DNA from: Felis catus
Taxonomy: Eukaryota
Assembly (NCBI RefSeq): GCF_018350175.1
Contig: NC_058369.1
Location: 18,664,001-18,728,000 of the forward strand
DNA: 64,000 nucleotides
Reading direction: 5' to 3'
Shown: positions 52,281 through 64,000 of the stretch, piece after piece
How positions within the stretch are numbered: the first letter of the stretch is position 1
Layout of the letters: each line of letters starts with the position of its first letter
Notes under the pieces: generated by a model
Databases searched by the model: none
Told to the model about the DNA's origin: nothing
What the model saw: only the letters and a program-made list of their open reading frames with translations
Translations under genes and position numbers: made by a program

Positions 52281-53199
52281 AAGAGTAACTTTCTAAAGTG
52301 TCTTTGGACTGAGTCCCAGAGACCCAAATTGTTTCCTCTGAGGCTCTCTGTCCAAAAGTAGACAAAGCTTCCTTGGGTCTTCAAAAATATGTAGGGTGAG
52401 TTGACAGTTCCCATCTGGGGGGGATGGCTTCACACCCCAGTGCTGTGGCATCACTGTTCTTAGGGTTTCTGGAACTGGGCTTGGCCTTTGAGGGCTCTGC
52501 CAGTGTTTTGCAGAGGGGACTTCTAAACCCATGACTTGACCTGCATGAGGTTGAGTGGCCTTTGGAAGAGGCAGGAATGCAGAAGGCACCAGACTCCAGG
52601 CCATAGCTCAGGAGCTGGGCTGGGCTGGCAGGGCTGGTCTCACCCACAACACCACTTCCTGGCTGGGTAACCACAAGAGTATGTGGTTAAATTAGATCAG
52701 ACCTTGATTTTCTCTACTGTGAAAACTAAATGACAATGTGAACTGTGAACATGCCCTGTGTGGTCCTGGGCGCAAGGGGGTGCTCACCAAAGTGCGGTGT
52801 TCCCCACTCCTTGGATGCTGCTTTTGGCCTGCTAGGCAAGACAGCCAAACCCAAGCTCTCCAGGTGGCAAGTCAGCTAAAGCAGCAGCTGCATAGCCCTG
52901 TGGCCTCAAGGAAGAGAGCAGGACTGGAGGTACTCCTAAGGGTGGACAGAAAGGGCTTTTTGCCTCAGGAACTGGATTGGACCTTTCCCTGGTGACTGGG
53001 CCACCATGGTGCTTTCAAAGGCTCTGGCTACAAGCACAGATGGAGCAGCCTTGGCCTGCAGCCTCAGCTCTGGTTGGAGAGGAGGAGCCTCTTCATCGGG
53101 GCACCAAATCTCCAGTCTCATGGCTCTGGCTTTGTGGGAACTGTGCCCCCCGCCCCCTGTTAATAGGTTGTTGGGATTAATCCCACAAGAAGTCTCTCT

Positions 53200-54345
53200 G
53201 GAATGAGCCCTGTTCTGTACTACACACTGTGCACAGTCCTGAGAACACCTCAACCAGAACTCACAAGCTAGGTGGGGAGAAAGGAGACACCCAAGGAAAC
53301 AAATTGGTAGATACTTCGGGAAAGAGTAAGCACTGTGAAGAAGATGAAGTGGGTGATTCGATATAGAGTGCCTGGTGGGGGAGGCGTATGTTAGATTGTG
53401 TGGCCAGAGAGGGCCCTGATGGGGAGATCTGAGGCCTATATAGCTAGCTGGTCTGGGGGCAGAGAAAATTGTGAGGGCCGAGGCCCTGGTTACAGAAGTG
53501 AGCTTAGGGGACTACTTGGCAGAACAGGAGGCCCAGAATCTCTGGGGTAAGACCACTAAGGGGGGATGGCAAGGAAGGAGGCCAGAGAGAGGAATGCGCT
53601 GGAGTAGATTGTGGGATCTTATGGGCCCTGGTGTGTTCCCATGGCACACATGATGGGAATCCACTAAGGGATTTGAGCCTGTAATTGATAGGCTCTGGTT
53701 TGTATGTAGATTTTTTGAGAGAAAAATATTATTGGCTCATGCACCTGGAAGTCCAAGGGCAGACTTAAGGTATAGCTGAATCCAGGGAATTAAATGAACT
53801 CTTCAGATCTGCTCCTCTCTCCTTACCTTGGTCCGCTTCTGACTGTCTATTGATGTTATCCTTAGCATCTCGCTGCATGTGGGGAAAGAGGGCTGCTGGC
53901 CACTCTAAGGCTACTTTTCTCTATGAGTAATCCCAAAGGAAAAAAGCCCCTCTTTCTTCTATTGTTCATTTACCAAGGGCTCTGATCAGCCCTGTTTGCA
54001 AGGTCACATACCTGTCCCTGCGCCCCTTGCTGAAACCAGTGATTGGCCCAACCTGAGTCATGCGCTCACTTTATTCAGGGAAGGGGTTGATGCAGAGAGA
54101 AACTACATGTCCATCACATAAATAGCAGCACACGATTTTTTGTTTTGGAGGCACAGATTATCCCATTTTCTTAAAAAATGTGTCTTGCTTAAGGAAACTT
54201 TTTCATTCTACTTACATCATCACTTACATTGCATTATTTTGCTCTCAAGATTGTTCATGTATATCTTGTGTCCTCAGCTAGACTCTAAGCTCCTCCAGGA
54301 CAGGGAGGAAATTAAAAAAAAAAAAAAAAAAACACGTTTATTTCT

Positions 54346-54393
<48 letters not shown>

Positions 54394-54830
54394 AAGCATG
54401 AGCCGGGGAGGGGCAGAGAGAGAGGGAGACCCAGAATCCGAAGTAGGTTCCAGGCTCTGAGCTGTCAGTGCAGAGCCTGATGTGGGGCTCAAACTCATGA
54501 GCTATGAGATCATGGCCTGAGCTGAAGTTGGACATTTAACCGACTGGGCCACCCAGGTGCCCCGGTTTCTTTTCTTTTCTATGCCTCCCTCTCCCTCCTG
54601 TTACTTTTCACTTATTAATTCATTCTGCAAGTTTTTAATTGAATATCTGTTGCATACCAGGCACTGTACTAAGGCCATCCTTTTCTTCCTGGTTTAAAAG
54701 ATCACTCTGGCTGCTGTCTGGAAATGGCCCAAAACAGGCAGCAGGGGAAAGAGAGTGACCAATTGGAGGCTTTTGGGGTCATTGGTGAGGCAGGGCATGG
54801 AGATGGAATAATGTACACAGATCAGAGGTA
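53200..54830. mobile_element. L2 relic(s) with an MLT1-like LTR (~53720-54120) and a CanSINE (~54335-54563, -)
   Basis: atttattggctcatgcacctggaagtcc...gtatagctgaatccaggg (MLT1-like); aagatcactctggctgctg (L2-like); SINE body with (GA)n. Confidence 0.6.
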
Positions 54831-55139
54831 CAGCCAGTGGGTGGCGGGGAAGACTCTTGAGCAGGAGAGTCTGGCAGGCAGCAGATTGGTGGTTGGGGGG
54901 TGGGGAGTGTGTGTGACTGCCCCTGTTCTGCCCCAGGCAGCTGGCAGCTCCCAGAGGTCAGGGCAGGTGCCATCAGCCCCTTCAGCTTTGCCTCCTGGCA
55001 GCCCAGAAACACCTGAGTGGTGCTTGCTGCTCCTGCCTATGCTTGGAGCTGGCCCTGGCTGCTGGGGGGCCTGCAGCCACCTGAGCTATGGGCACTGTCA
55101 GTCCCGACCACCCCGATGACCATGATACTTCCTCCTCAG

Positions 55140-56024
55140 GTGAAGGAGTGGCTCTGTCTGAACTGCCAGATGCAGAGGGCTCTGGGGATGGACATGACCA
55201 CTGCGCCTCGCTCCAAGAGCCAGCAGCAACTGCACTCCCCGGCCCTGTCTCCTGCCCAGTCCCCAGCCAAACAGCCCCTGGGGAAGCCGGAGCAAGAGAG
55301 ATCGCAGGGCCCAGGGGCACCACAGCCAGGCCTCCGCCAGGCTGAGACATCCAGGGCCACCTCAGTGCCGGGGTCTGCCCAAGCAGCTGCCCCTCCAGAG
55401 GTGGGGAGGGCGTCTCCTCAGCCTCCTCTCCCCATCAAGCCTTCCACAGCGGATCCCAGGCCACCTGCAGGAGAGGCCCTGGCCAAAAGTGCCACCACAG
55501 TGCCCTCTGGGCCTGGTGCTGCTGAGCAGACCCAGGAGGGCCTCACTGGGAAGCTCTTTGGCCTTGGAGCATCACTGCTGACCCAGGCGAGTACCCTCAT
55601 GTCTGTGCAGCCCGAGGCTGAGCCCCAGGGCCAAGTGGCTCCCAGCAAAGGGCCACCTAAGATTGTCTTCAGTGATGCCAGCAAGGAGGCTGGCCCAAGA
55701 CCCCCAGGCTCAGGACCTGGGCCTGGGCCAGCACCTGGAGCCAAAACTGAGCCTGGAGCCAGACCAGGTCCTGGATCGGGGCCTGGAGCCCTGGCAAGAA
55801 CTGGGGGAACAACCAGTCCAAAACATGGCAGAGTGGAACACCAGGCAGCGACCAAGGCTACTGCCAAGCCAAAGACCACGCCGAAGGAAAGGGCCACTTG
55901 CCCACTGTGCCAAGCTGAGCTCAACGTGGGCAGCAAGGGCCCAGCCAACTATAACACCTGCACCACCTGCAAGCTCCAGGTGTGCAACCTGTGTGGCTTC
56001 AACCCAACGCCCCACCTGGTAGAG
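55140..56024 (+). CDS. BSN: Bassoon coding exon 3 (885 bp, phase 0-0; end of ZnF1, Pro/Gly linker, most of ZnF2)
   Basis: cttcctcctcag| acceptor and GAG|gtaaga donor. VKEWLCLNCQMQRALGMDMTTAPRSKSQQQ...GLTGKLFGLGASLLTQASTLMSVQP...CPLCQAELNVGSKGPANYNTCTTCKLQVCNLCGFNPTPHLVE, in frame with exon 2. Confidence 0.98.
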
Positions 56025-57749
56025 GTAAGAGAGCTGGACCAAGACCTGGAGTAATGGGGGGCCTGGGAGGCATGGGAGCCAGAAAGGGCTACAGAGAGCC
56101 AGGCCTTCAGCACTTGTGGGGCCCCTACACAGGTACCGAGGGGCTGTACTCCCTTTTCTATCCCTGCCCCAGGCTTGTTGTTCTTCTCAGAAAACTAACT
56201 GGCACAGCGGATGGGGTAATGGTGCCCGCTGCCTCTGACTGGCTAACCGGTGCCCTGAGGCCAGTCCTAGAGGTAGCTAGGCTCAGAGCACCCTGAACTG
56301 GCCTCCTCATTCCCAGCTATCCTGGGCATGGCCTGGATGGAAGATGCCAACCTCCCCTGCTCAGGTGGGAAGAACCTGAGGTCCCACCCTGCCCTCCGTC
56401 TATGACCCACACAGGGGGTTGAAGGGCTGTTAGGCCCAGGGCTATGCCCCATTGCCCCAGGCTCCAGCCAGGTGGTATCCTCCCTCCATCCCCTCTTCTG
56501 AGGTCATGGGTATTGACGTCTACTTGTCAGAGCTAGTCTTTGGGCCACATATTTTCCTTTGGCTGGGCCTAGTTCTTCCTGGGGCTGCATGTGGGGATGC
56601 TCAGGGATGTTCTTTTTACCCCTAGGGAAGTTTGAGAGAGTTCTGGGGTTAGGGCCTATCTCTCTGCATCCTTGCTCCAGGGAAGGGTTCTGGGCGCTGT
56701 GCAGAGCTGGATAGAAAAGAATAGGAGGCCCAGTGTTCTCTCAAAGCTTGGAGCCCACCTGGCAGGCTCAGAAGATACAGAGGTACCTGGGCAGAGTTGG
56801 ATGAGCCTGGGCCTGGAGGCTGCTTCTGCTCCTCCCCTTACTCACTCTGCCCTGCCCACAGGGCCATCCATGTGAACCCTACCTTGGCTGCCTTGGGCAT
56901 AGCTGGTGTGTCCCATTCCCTTAAATGCCCTTAGGGTCAAGATGAATGATTGGCTCATCTTAACAGACAGATACACCCCCAGCTATGTCACATCAGGAGA
57001 TGATCAAGCCAAAGCCCTTCCTCCTGGACACAGGCAGCCACCTGAGCCCTTGGGGATTCTAGGCAGAGCCATGCACGGTCAGTGGTGGGGCAGGGAGTCT
57101 CTGGCACCTTGTTCTGATTTGCTTTGAGTCAGGCCTCCACTGGAGCAGCCCACTGTGGTAAAGAAGACTGCTTTGGCTGTCACAGGCCATATTTTCCAAC
57201 ATGCAGAAAGAGGCAGCGCTAAGCAAGAAAAGTGACCTCCTCACATGATGCCCATGTGGCCCTCGAGGCCCCATACTGCCACCTATCTCCTTAGATCCAA
57301 GGGCTCACTGGAGGACAGTTGGCCTGACTGACTAGGGTGGGGAGGGGCCACTAAGGGGCCACCAGAGAGTCAGAGGAGCTCCAGTCCAGAGACTACCAGG
57401 CACACACTGGCTGTCAGTTGAGTGGGGCACCCTGATCCTGAGGGACTGTGAGCCCTGTTGGACTACTGAGGTGGTGCAGCCTGGGGACCCTTGTCCCTGA
57501 GAGACCTCCTGGCCCACATTTCCTCACTCAGCAAGACATGCACAGAGAGAAGGGGAAAACTGTCTCAGTTCAAGAGTGTAAATGTTCCTGACAACTCCTT
57601 CCAGCAGCCCCTGGGCCAGGCCAGAGGAAGTGCTGATTCTGCCCAAACATGTCTCAGTCACGTGCTGACTCTTGGATGAGCATCTGGATTCTGATCCAAG
57701 CCTCTCCTTAGCCATTTGGTTGTCACCTTCCTGGGTTCCAGAGCTTCTG

Positions 57750-57925
57750 CTTCTTGATAGCCAACATTGCCCCCTGCCCTACCCCCTCCATGTCCTGCTG
57801 TCTCCATGTCCTGCCCCACTGCCACTTCCTTGGCCAACTTCTTGATAGCCAACATTGCCCCCATGCCCTACCTCCTCCATGTCCTGCTGTCTCCATGTCC
57901 TGCCCCACTGCCACTTCCTTGGCCA
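57750..57925. repeat. 88-bp two-copy tandem duplication
   Basis: Units 57750-57837 and 57838-57925 both start cttcttgatagccaacattgcccc and end ccacttccttggcca; about 2 internal differences. Confidence 0.95.
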
Positions 57926-60183
57926 GAACCACCCTTGTCACCACAGGATCTGATGGGTTCCATGGGCCTGACAGCAAACTTCTGGGTGTTTAGTGCCTCC
58001 CCACCCCGGGGTCTCTTGCTCCTAATAACAATCAGAGGGTAGCCCAGCTTCTCCAACTCCTTTCTCCTTATGGCTCTGCTTATTAATGCAGCTGTCCCCA
58101 GAGGGGTCCTGGGGAATGTGTGAGTAGACAGCCATGATGCCCCCCTCCTGTGGTTCCCGGTACCACCGTTGCTTTTCTTCACTGTAACCAGGCCATGGAC
58201 CGTCTTTGATCTCACCTCAGCAAATGGCTACTTGACATTCGGTGCAATTGTGTGCTTCCCTATGACCTACTTTGTGTGAGAGACCTACTGTCTCTCCCAC
58301 ACCTTGCTAACTGAGTCCAGCCCGCCAGGCTCAGGATAACTGTGTGTCTCTGTGTACAATGTGAGCCAGAGGGACCCTGTCTACATGTAGGCCGGGAACT
58401 TGAGGGAGGGATGGACCAGGGCAGTCCCACTGCCACTTCCCCACAGGCCTGTTAGACCTGCTGTGACTCCACCTAAGATGAGAGTCAACTGTCTGGGCTG
58501 CTAGGTTGGGGATTTTCCTCAACATCTTGGAGCTATAAAACCTTTTACCTTCTTCCTAGACAGGGAGTCCAGAGCATACAATGAAGGAAGCAGTAAAACT
58601 AGATCCCTTTTTGCTCTGAAATTCCCTCTGAAAAAATAACCATAGTGCTATTTAGTGAGTCATTTCATAATTAAGAGTTGTTGATTCCAAATTTTTTTTA
58701 CCTATTTATCTTTTGAAGGATAATAGTACCCTCTGGCTTAATTTTTAATTGGCTTTCAGTTCAAAATAGAGTTTGTGAAGAAATTAGTGGAATTGGAAAT
58801 GTTACAGTAACACCACCAGTTTCTGATCTTATTAGAATTGCCAAAATACCAGCCATACCCTTGAGAAGTTGGGCCTCCCTGGGGAAAGGGCCCGGCACCT
58901 GTGATATGCGGGGCTGGGCTGGGCTTATTTGGGGAAGGGGTTGCATCGGGGGCACCAAGTGAGAGGCCAGCAGCTGCCTCTGGCAATAGTGGTCTCAGGA
59001 AGCCCTGTCTCCTCCGTGTGGAATGGGGGTGATAGCACTCCCTCTTAGGTTTCTGGGAGAACTAGTTGAGATGCCATACTTCAGATACTTAGGCAAGGTC
59101 CAACACACAGCCAGATTGGAACCAGCATGTCCTAACAGGGAGTCTCTATGCAGGGAAGAAAGAGTCTCCTCTGGCCCCCAACTATCTGAGTGTGAATCAA
59201 TCCTGTGGCCAGTGTAAGACCCTGGTCTCATGAAGGATGCCCCATGGGGAATGGACACATTTGGTACTGGAGCGTGAGGAGAGCACAGCCCAGCCAGAAA
59301 GAAATATGTTGGGGATATCAGAGAGGATTCCTCTTATTGGAGGCAGAGGCCCAAAAAGGAGAAGCTTAAGGATGTCCAGAGACAGGATGGGGCAGGGTCA
59401 TAGCATCAGGAGAACGGCAGCACCAGTGACAGCCATGCCTATAGTCCAGGGTCTGGCCATGCCTATTGGGCCCTTTATGTCCAGGCATCCTTTCTCTGAA
59501 TTTCTCATCTACTGCCCCTGGTCTTGCAGTGAGGCTGGGGGTATGTTGGGCCCAGCAGCTGGCCATGGGCTGTTGGTCAGGCTGGTGTCACGTGATCAGA
59601 CTGACACAGGCCAGCTCCACATACACAGAGATTGTGTTCTGCAGGGTCATTCAGACAATGGCAGGCAGTGCAAGAAGGATGCCCAACATGCATTGCAGCC
59701 TCACTGGGCAACCTTGGCCCTTGAGGCACAGTAGCCAGTGATCCTGGAAGGCAGCAGGGCTCATCCACCCGTGGAGTACTCCACCAACTCACTTCCCCTT
59801 CTTCACCTTGACCCCATCTCCCACCATTAGGTGGTGCTTACCCTGGGGCATTCCTAGCTGCCCCCAGAAAGGAACTGGACAGAGGGAGGCAAGGCAGAAG
59901 TGGTCATCAAGTGTCCCACTGTCCATTCCTAAGTCCCAGACCATCCCCTGCCCACTTGCCAAGGGGTCAGGCAAAGGGGAAGAGAAAGTAGTAGCTCCCT
60001 GGGGCTGGCTGGGGGCAGGGTTGGGAGAGTACAAGAAAGGGTGTACAGGTAAATGAATGAATGAGGGAATAAACATGGATGAGTGAATGAACGAACAAGG
60101 GGAAAAATGGAATGAATGAGCAGGGGGTGGGGTGAGGGAGGGCATGCTGTCAGGGGGCAGAGATGAGAACTGAGTGAATAAAA

Positions 60184-60401
60184 GGGCGCCTAGGTGGCTC
60201 AGTCAGTTAAGCCAGCTTAGATCATGATCTTATGGTTGGTGGGTTTGAACCCTGCATCAGACTCTGTGCTGACAGCTCAGAGCCTGGAAATTGCTTCAGA
60301 TTCTGTGACTCCCTCTCTTTCTCTGCCCCTCTCCTGCTCGTGCTCTGTCTCCCTCTCTTAAGAAGAAATTTTTTTTTAAATTAAAAAAAAAAAAAAAAAA
60401 A
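60184..60401 (+). mobile_element. CanSINE
   Basis: TSD agaactgagtgaataaa. Confidence 0.92.
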
Positions 60402-63247
60402 AGAACTGAGTGAATAAAGAAATCAGGACCTGTGTTCCAGCCCTCAGGCATAGAACCTCCTCATGGCCAGCCTCCTACCCCATCCCCATTCTCCAGAAAC
60501 TTAGGTCTGTGCCAAGTCTCCTCAGACTCCACCCGAACAGGCCCCAGTGCCCTGCACCCTTCTCCCCGCTCCCAGAGAGCTGGCAAAGGGCCTCCAGCAG
60601 CCAGGTCCAGTGTTTATTTTTAGCCCTTACCTCACATGCCTCCCCCTGCCTGCCTTCCCTCCCTCCCTGGCCGCCTGTTATAGCAGAGCCAGGAGCAAGA
60701 GGCCCAACTGGGCAGCCCGTTCTGCAGCCTGGCTGTCTCTATGAATAAGCGTGGGAAGGAACAAAACCCTGTGGAGCATGTGACCACAGGTGACATGCTC
60801 TGCTGAGGGCTGGGCCTCTGGGCTCAGGTAAGCAGGCTGCCACACAGGCTGGCTTTGAACACTTGGCATTAGGTCTGCCTCCTCCATCCAGAGCATCTTT
60901 CCAAGGTGCCCTTCACTGGCACTGCTTCACTGGGACTGTTGCTTCTGGGGTGGGGTCTGCAGGCCAGAGGCAGGGGTCAAGCCCTTAAGGTGAGCCAGGG
61001 AAGGTGATCTGACCTCGAGAGGCCTAAGCTGGAATGGCTGTGTGCAGGGTCCCAAAGTGGAGCCAGAACAGTGTTGCCATAGGCCAGCCCCTGGTCTGGG
61101 CCCAGATCCTAACCCCATCATGCTGATCCTGGGGGGCTTTTCTCATTTCCAGAACTCTCTTGGCCTCTGCCTACACCCCTCTTATGTCTCCAGGGTCTTT
61201 TTGTCATGTCATAATCCTCTTTGAGGTGGGGGGATTTCCACTGTGTCCCTAGGTGATGTTAGAGGCATTGTGGGCTCTGGGCTCAGGCTGAGCATCTGTG
61301 CTCTTCCGTGCCCCATCTCAGGGCTTGAGCTCAGCCTGCCTAGCATTCTCCCCAGGCACCTCTAGGGGTGACTAAGCCAAGTGAGCCCAAGACCCAACAA
61401 GTAGCCAGTACCCATTGCTTCATAGGGGTTTGTGTCAGGAATGCATAGAGGACCAGATAAGGTCAAAGGGAGTTAGTCGTGGTGCTAGGGCCAGGGAACA
61501 GGGTGAGTAGATGTAGGACCTCTGAAGGGTCACCCTCCATAGCTGGGCCCCTCTGCTTAGGGGCTGTGTGTAGGATTGGGCCTCAGGGCAGAGTCAGAGC
61601 TCCAGTCTCAGCAATCTCAAGGCTCTGAGTAACAAGCCTGTGGATCAGGCCTATCCTTAACACACACCAAGGGCCTGCCACCTGCCTGGTCTGGCCTCTG
61701 CTGGCGCCCAGGGCAGAGATGTGGTATGTAGCCCTGCGGGCAGGAAACCAGGGCAGAATCATTGATATGGCATCTGCCATGGTGGCCTGAGGATACCAGG
61801 CTGAGGGCAGGCACTCTGGGGGTACTGTGGGAGTACAGATCCAAGGATCTGCCACATGTGCTAGGGTCTGACATGGTCACAGGGCAGTGTGTGAAGTAAG
61901 GGTGCTGAGGCTGCCAGCCCACTTTAGGCTGGCGAGGGCTACAGGCTACCTCCTTGCCCTGTCTTCTGGCTCTGTGATCCTGTGGTTCTGGGTCTTGTGG
62001 TTCTCCTAATGGCCCATCCTAGTGACCAAGCTGCTAGTAGGAATCTGAGTGTCTGGGCACCTGAGAGGACCAGCAGCAGGAGGGTCAGAGTACCAAGGCT
62101 CTTCCCCCTCCTCCAGGGTGAGAGCAGACATAAGTGTGTGGTTATCCTCTTTTCCACCTCACTCTGTGGGCCAGGGTGGGGCTTCCAGTCTTGCCAAGGA
62201 AGAGCCCTGACTCTGGAGGAAGTTCCTGGGAGACACGCCCCTGTCAGCCTCTGACCTGCTGCAGGAATCACCGATGCAGGGCCTGGGATGTTCAGACCTC
62301 ACTCCTGTGCAGACAGCTGGAGCTGGGGAAGTAGACTTGGTTTCTAGTGTTCTAGGAACTTTGCCGCTGATATCCACGTCATACTTGGATGACCAGTTTG
62401 GGGCTGTGGTCTCCAGGAAGGCTACATGCCAGCCCCTGTGTCTGTCTTAATCATGGCTGTGTCTCCAGTCCCCAGCACTGAACCTGACAGAGGGGATTAC
62501 CCTGAGAGTAGTGGACTGATGGTTGAGTGTTTGTTCCCCACCCAGATCTGGAGGAAGCAGGGCCCTTGGTCTAAGTGCCATCACACACAGTCCCCATCGG
62601 AACAGTCCAGAGCCCTGGGGGCAGGAGGAGGCTTCCACCTGAGGGTCTTTGCTGGCCTTGGACAAGGTGACTTGGGCTGGGGGGTATAAGCAGAGGGGAC
62701 TGCTTGGCCCCATCCTCCCAGCAGGGCTTCTTTCAGATGCCTCCCCTGGCCCCAGGAGCCTGTGGCCTCCCAGCACAGCCCTTACTTGGGAAGAGTGTGG
62801 GGAGGATGGTGTCTGAGGCCTGAGGGTTAGGAGGCCAGGGAGGAGCTGGGCACCTAGGAGGCGCTCCCTGTCTGAGGCTACTCCTGGTTTGCATGGGCTC
62901 TGGACTGATGGACTCCACACCAACTCCCCCTCTTCTCCAGACTCATGTGCTACCTGTAGCCTCCCCTCCCCTGCAGGTCTCCTCCTTTTCTTGCCAGGTG
63001 AAAAAGCTCTCTACAGGGTAAAGAAGAGATCCTTCTTTTTGGTTTATCATTTGAAGTCTGAAGGATGGGGAAGTCTGTCATTTGGGGGCAACAAATCTAT
63101 TAGTCATTTTCTCCTTGTGCCTTTGGGGTCATGCTTTAGAAAACTTTCTCCTGCTTACACTTACAGAAATAGTCATAGAAATACTCTTTGAGTACTTCAG
63201 TGTCTTTGTGATTTTCATCAACCCCCTCCCCTCCCATTTCCTTACAG

Positions 63248-63694
63248 AAAACCGAGTGGCTCTGTCTCAACTGCCAAACTAAGCGGCTACTAGAGGGCAG
63301 CCTGGGAGAGCCGACCCCCCTGCCGCTGCCCACCTCACAGCAGCCCCCCTCGGGGGCCCCTCTCCGTGCAGCTGGAGCAGCCCCTCTGAAGCAGAAAGGG
63401 CCACAGGGGCTGGGCCAGCCATCGGGCCCCCTGCCTGCCAAGGCCAGTCCCCTGCCCACCAAGGCCAGCCCCCAGGCCAAGCCCCTCAAGGCTTCTGAAC
63501 CTAGCAGGACCCTGAGCAGTGCCCAGGAAAAGAAGACAGGAATCCCAGCTAAAGCCGAGCCTGGGCCGAAACCACCTCCGGAGACTACCCTGCCCCCTGG
63601 GACTCCTAAAGCAAAGACGGGGACCCGGAGGACTGAACCTGCCACGCCTGTCGTCAAGGCTGTTCCAGAAGCCCCCAAGGGTGGGGAGGCAGAG
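63248..63694 (+). CDS. BSN: Bassoon coding exon 4 (447 bp, phase 0-0; end of ZnF2, KASP heptads)
   Basis: ctcccatttccttacag| acceptor and GAG|gtcagt donor. KTEWLCLNCQTKRLLEGSLGEPTPLPLPTSQQPPSGAPLRAAGAAPLKQKGPQGLGQPSGPLPAKASPLPTKASPQAKPLKASEPSRT...PVVKAVPEAPKGGEAE. Hand-translated; this frame is absent from the ORF track. Confidence 0.96.
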
Positions 63695-64000
63695 GTCAGT
63701 CCCATTCACTTCCCAGGGACCTTAGCTCTCAGGTGGGATGGTCTAGAGAAGGGCTTGGTTCCTGGAGCAGGTCCCTTGGGGCCACAGAGGTGGTAAGGGA
63801 TGCCTGGATGAGACCCTAGTGGGCCTGGAGCCTATGAGTTGTAGGCTGGTCCTATGTCTGGCACTTGGTTGAATGTTTGGGTGGATTTTGCTACCATTAG
63901 ATCTAATAAAGCTTCTCTTTGAGAATCTAGGGCTGCTTGGGGGTTTTTAAGGCCAGAGAAATGGAAGGTGGTGGGCCCTCCCCTGGGAGGTGGAGGACCC

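Noticed and set aside
1049..54535. Many similar short ORFs (MAQSVKHPT..., SVLTAQSLEP...) resembling a gene family or array
   Set aside because: Translations of dispersed CanSINE copies. Spacing is irregular and each has TSDs, so this is neither a gene family nor a CRISPR-like array.
55017..55139. In-frame N-terminal extension of the exon 3 ORF (MVLAAPAY...)
   Set aside because: It lies upstream of a strong acceptor, and Bassoon similarity starts exactly at VKEW. Intronic.
55418..55948. 176-aa antisense ORF (and the similar 63136..63705 antisense ORF)
   Set aside because: Antisense shadows of GC-rich BSN coding exons.
62920..63025. Three acceptor-like sites and a GG|gtaaag upstream of exon 4 as a possible microexon
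   Set aside because: The implied exons (77, 41, 20 nt) are all out of frame and the donor is weak.

Overview
Mammalian genomic DNA from a felid (cat-like), judged by abundant tRNA-derived CanSINEs of the SINEC_Fc type and carnivore L1 3' ends. The window lies inside the + strand gene BSN (Bassoon, presynaptic active-zone scaffold). It holds the last ~43 kb of intron 1 and coding exons 2 (43317-43725), 3 (55140-56024) and 4 (63248-63694), which encode both Piccolo/Bassoon zinc fingers and the KASP heptads. The introns carry ~37 CanSINEs plus L1, L2, MIR, MLT1, Tigger1 and MER5 relics and microsatellites. Most ORF-track entries are repeat-derived or chance ORFs. Less obvious items: (1) a TSD-flanked antisense processed pseudogene of the CTAG/NY-ESO-1 (Pcc1/LAGE3) family, split by a ~437-bp polypyrimidine tract; (2) a 96-bp, 94/96-identical inverted copy that moved a SINE head plus its unique flank into a neighbouring inverted SINE, consistent with a template switch; (3) an exon layout in which skipping exon 3 would build an in-frame hybrid zinc finger; (4) only two KASP heptads. 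I see no support for a new multi-gene system. Repeat subfamily names and comparisons with human proteins are from memory and need database confirmation.
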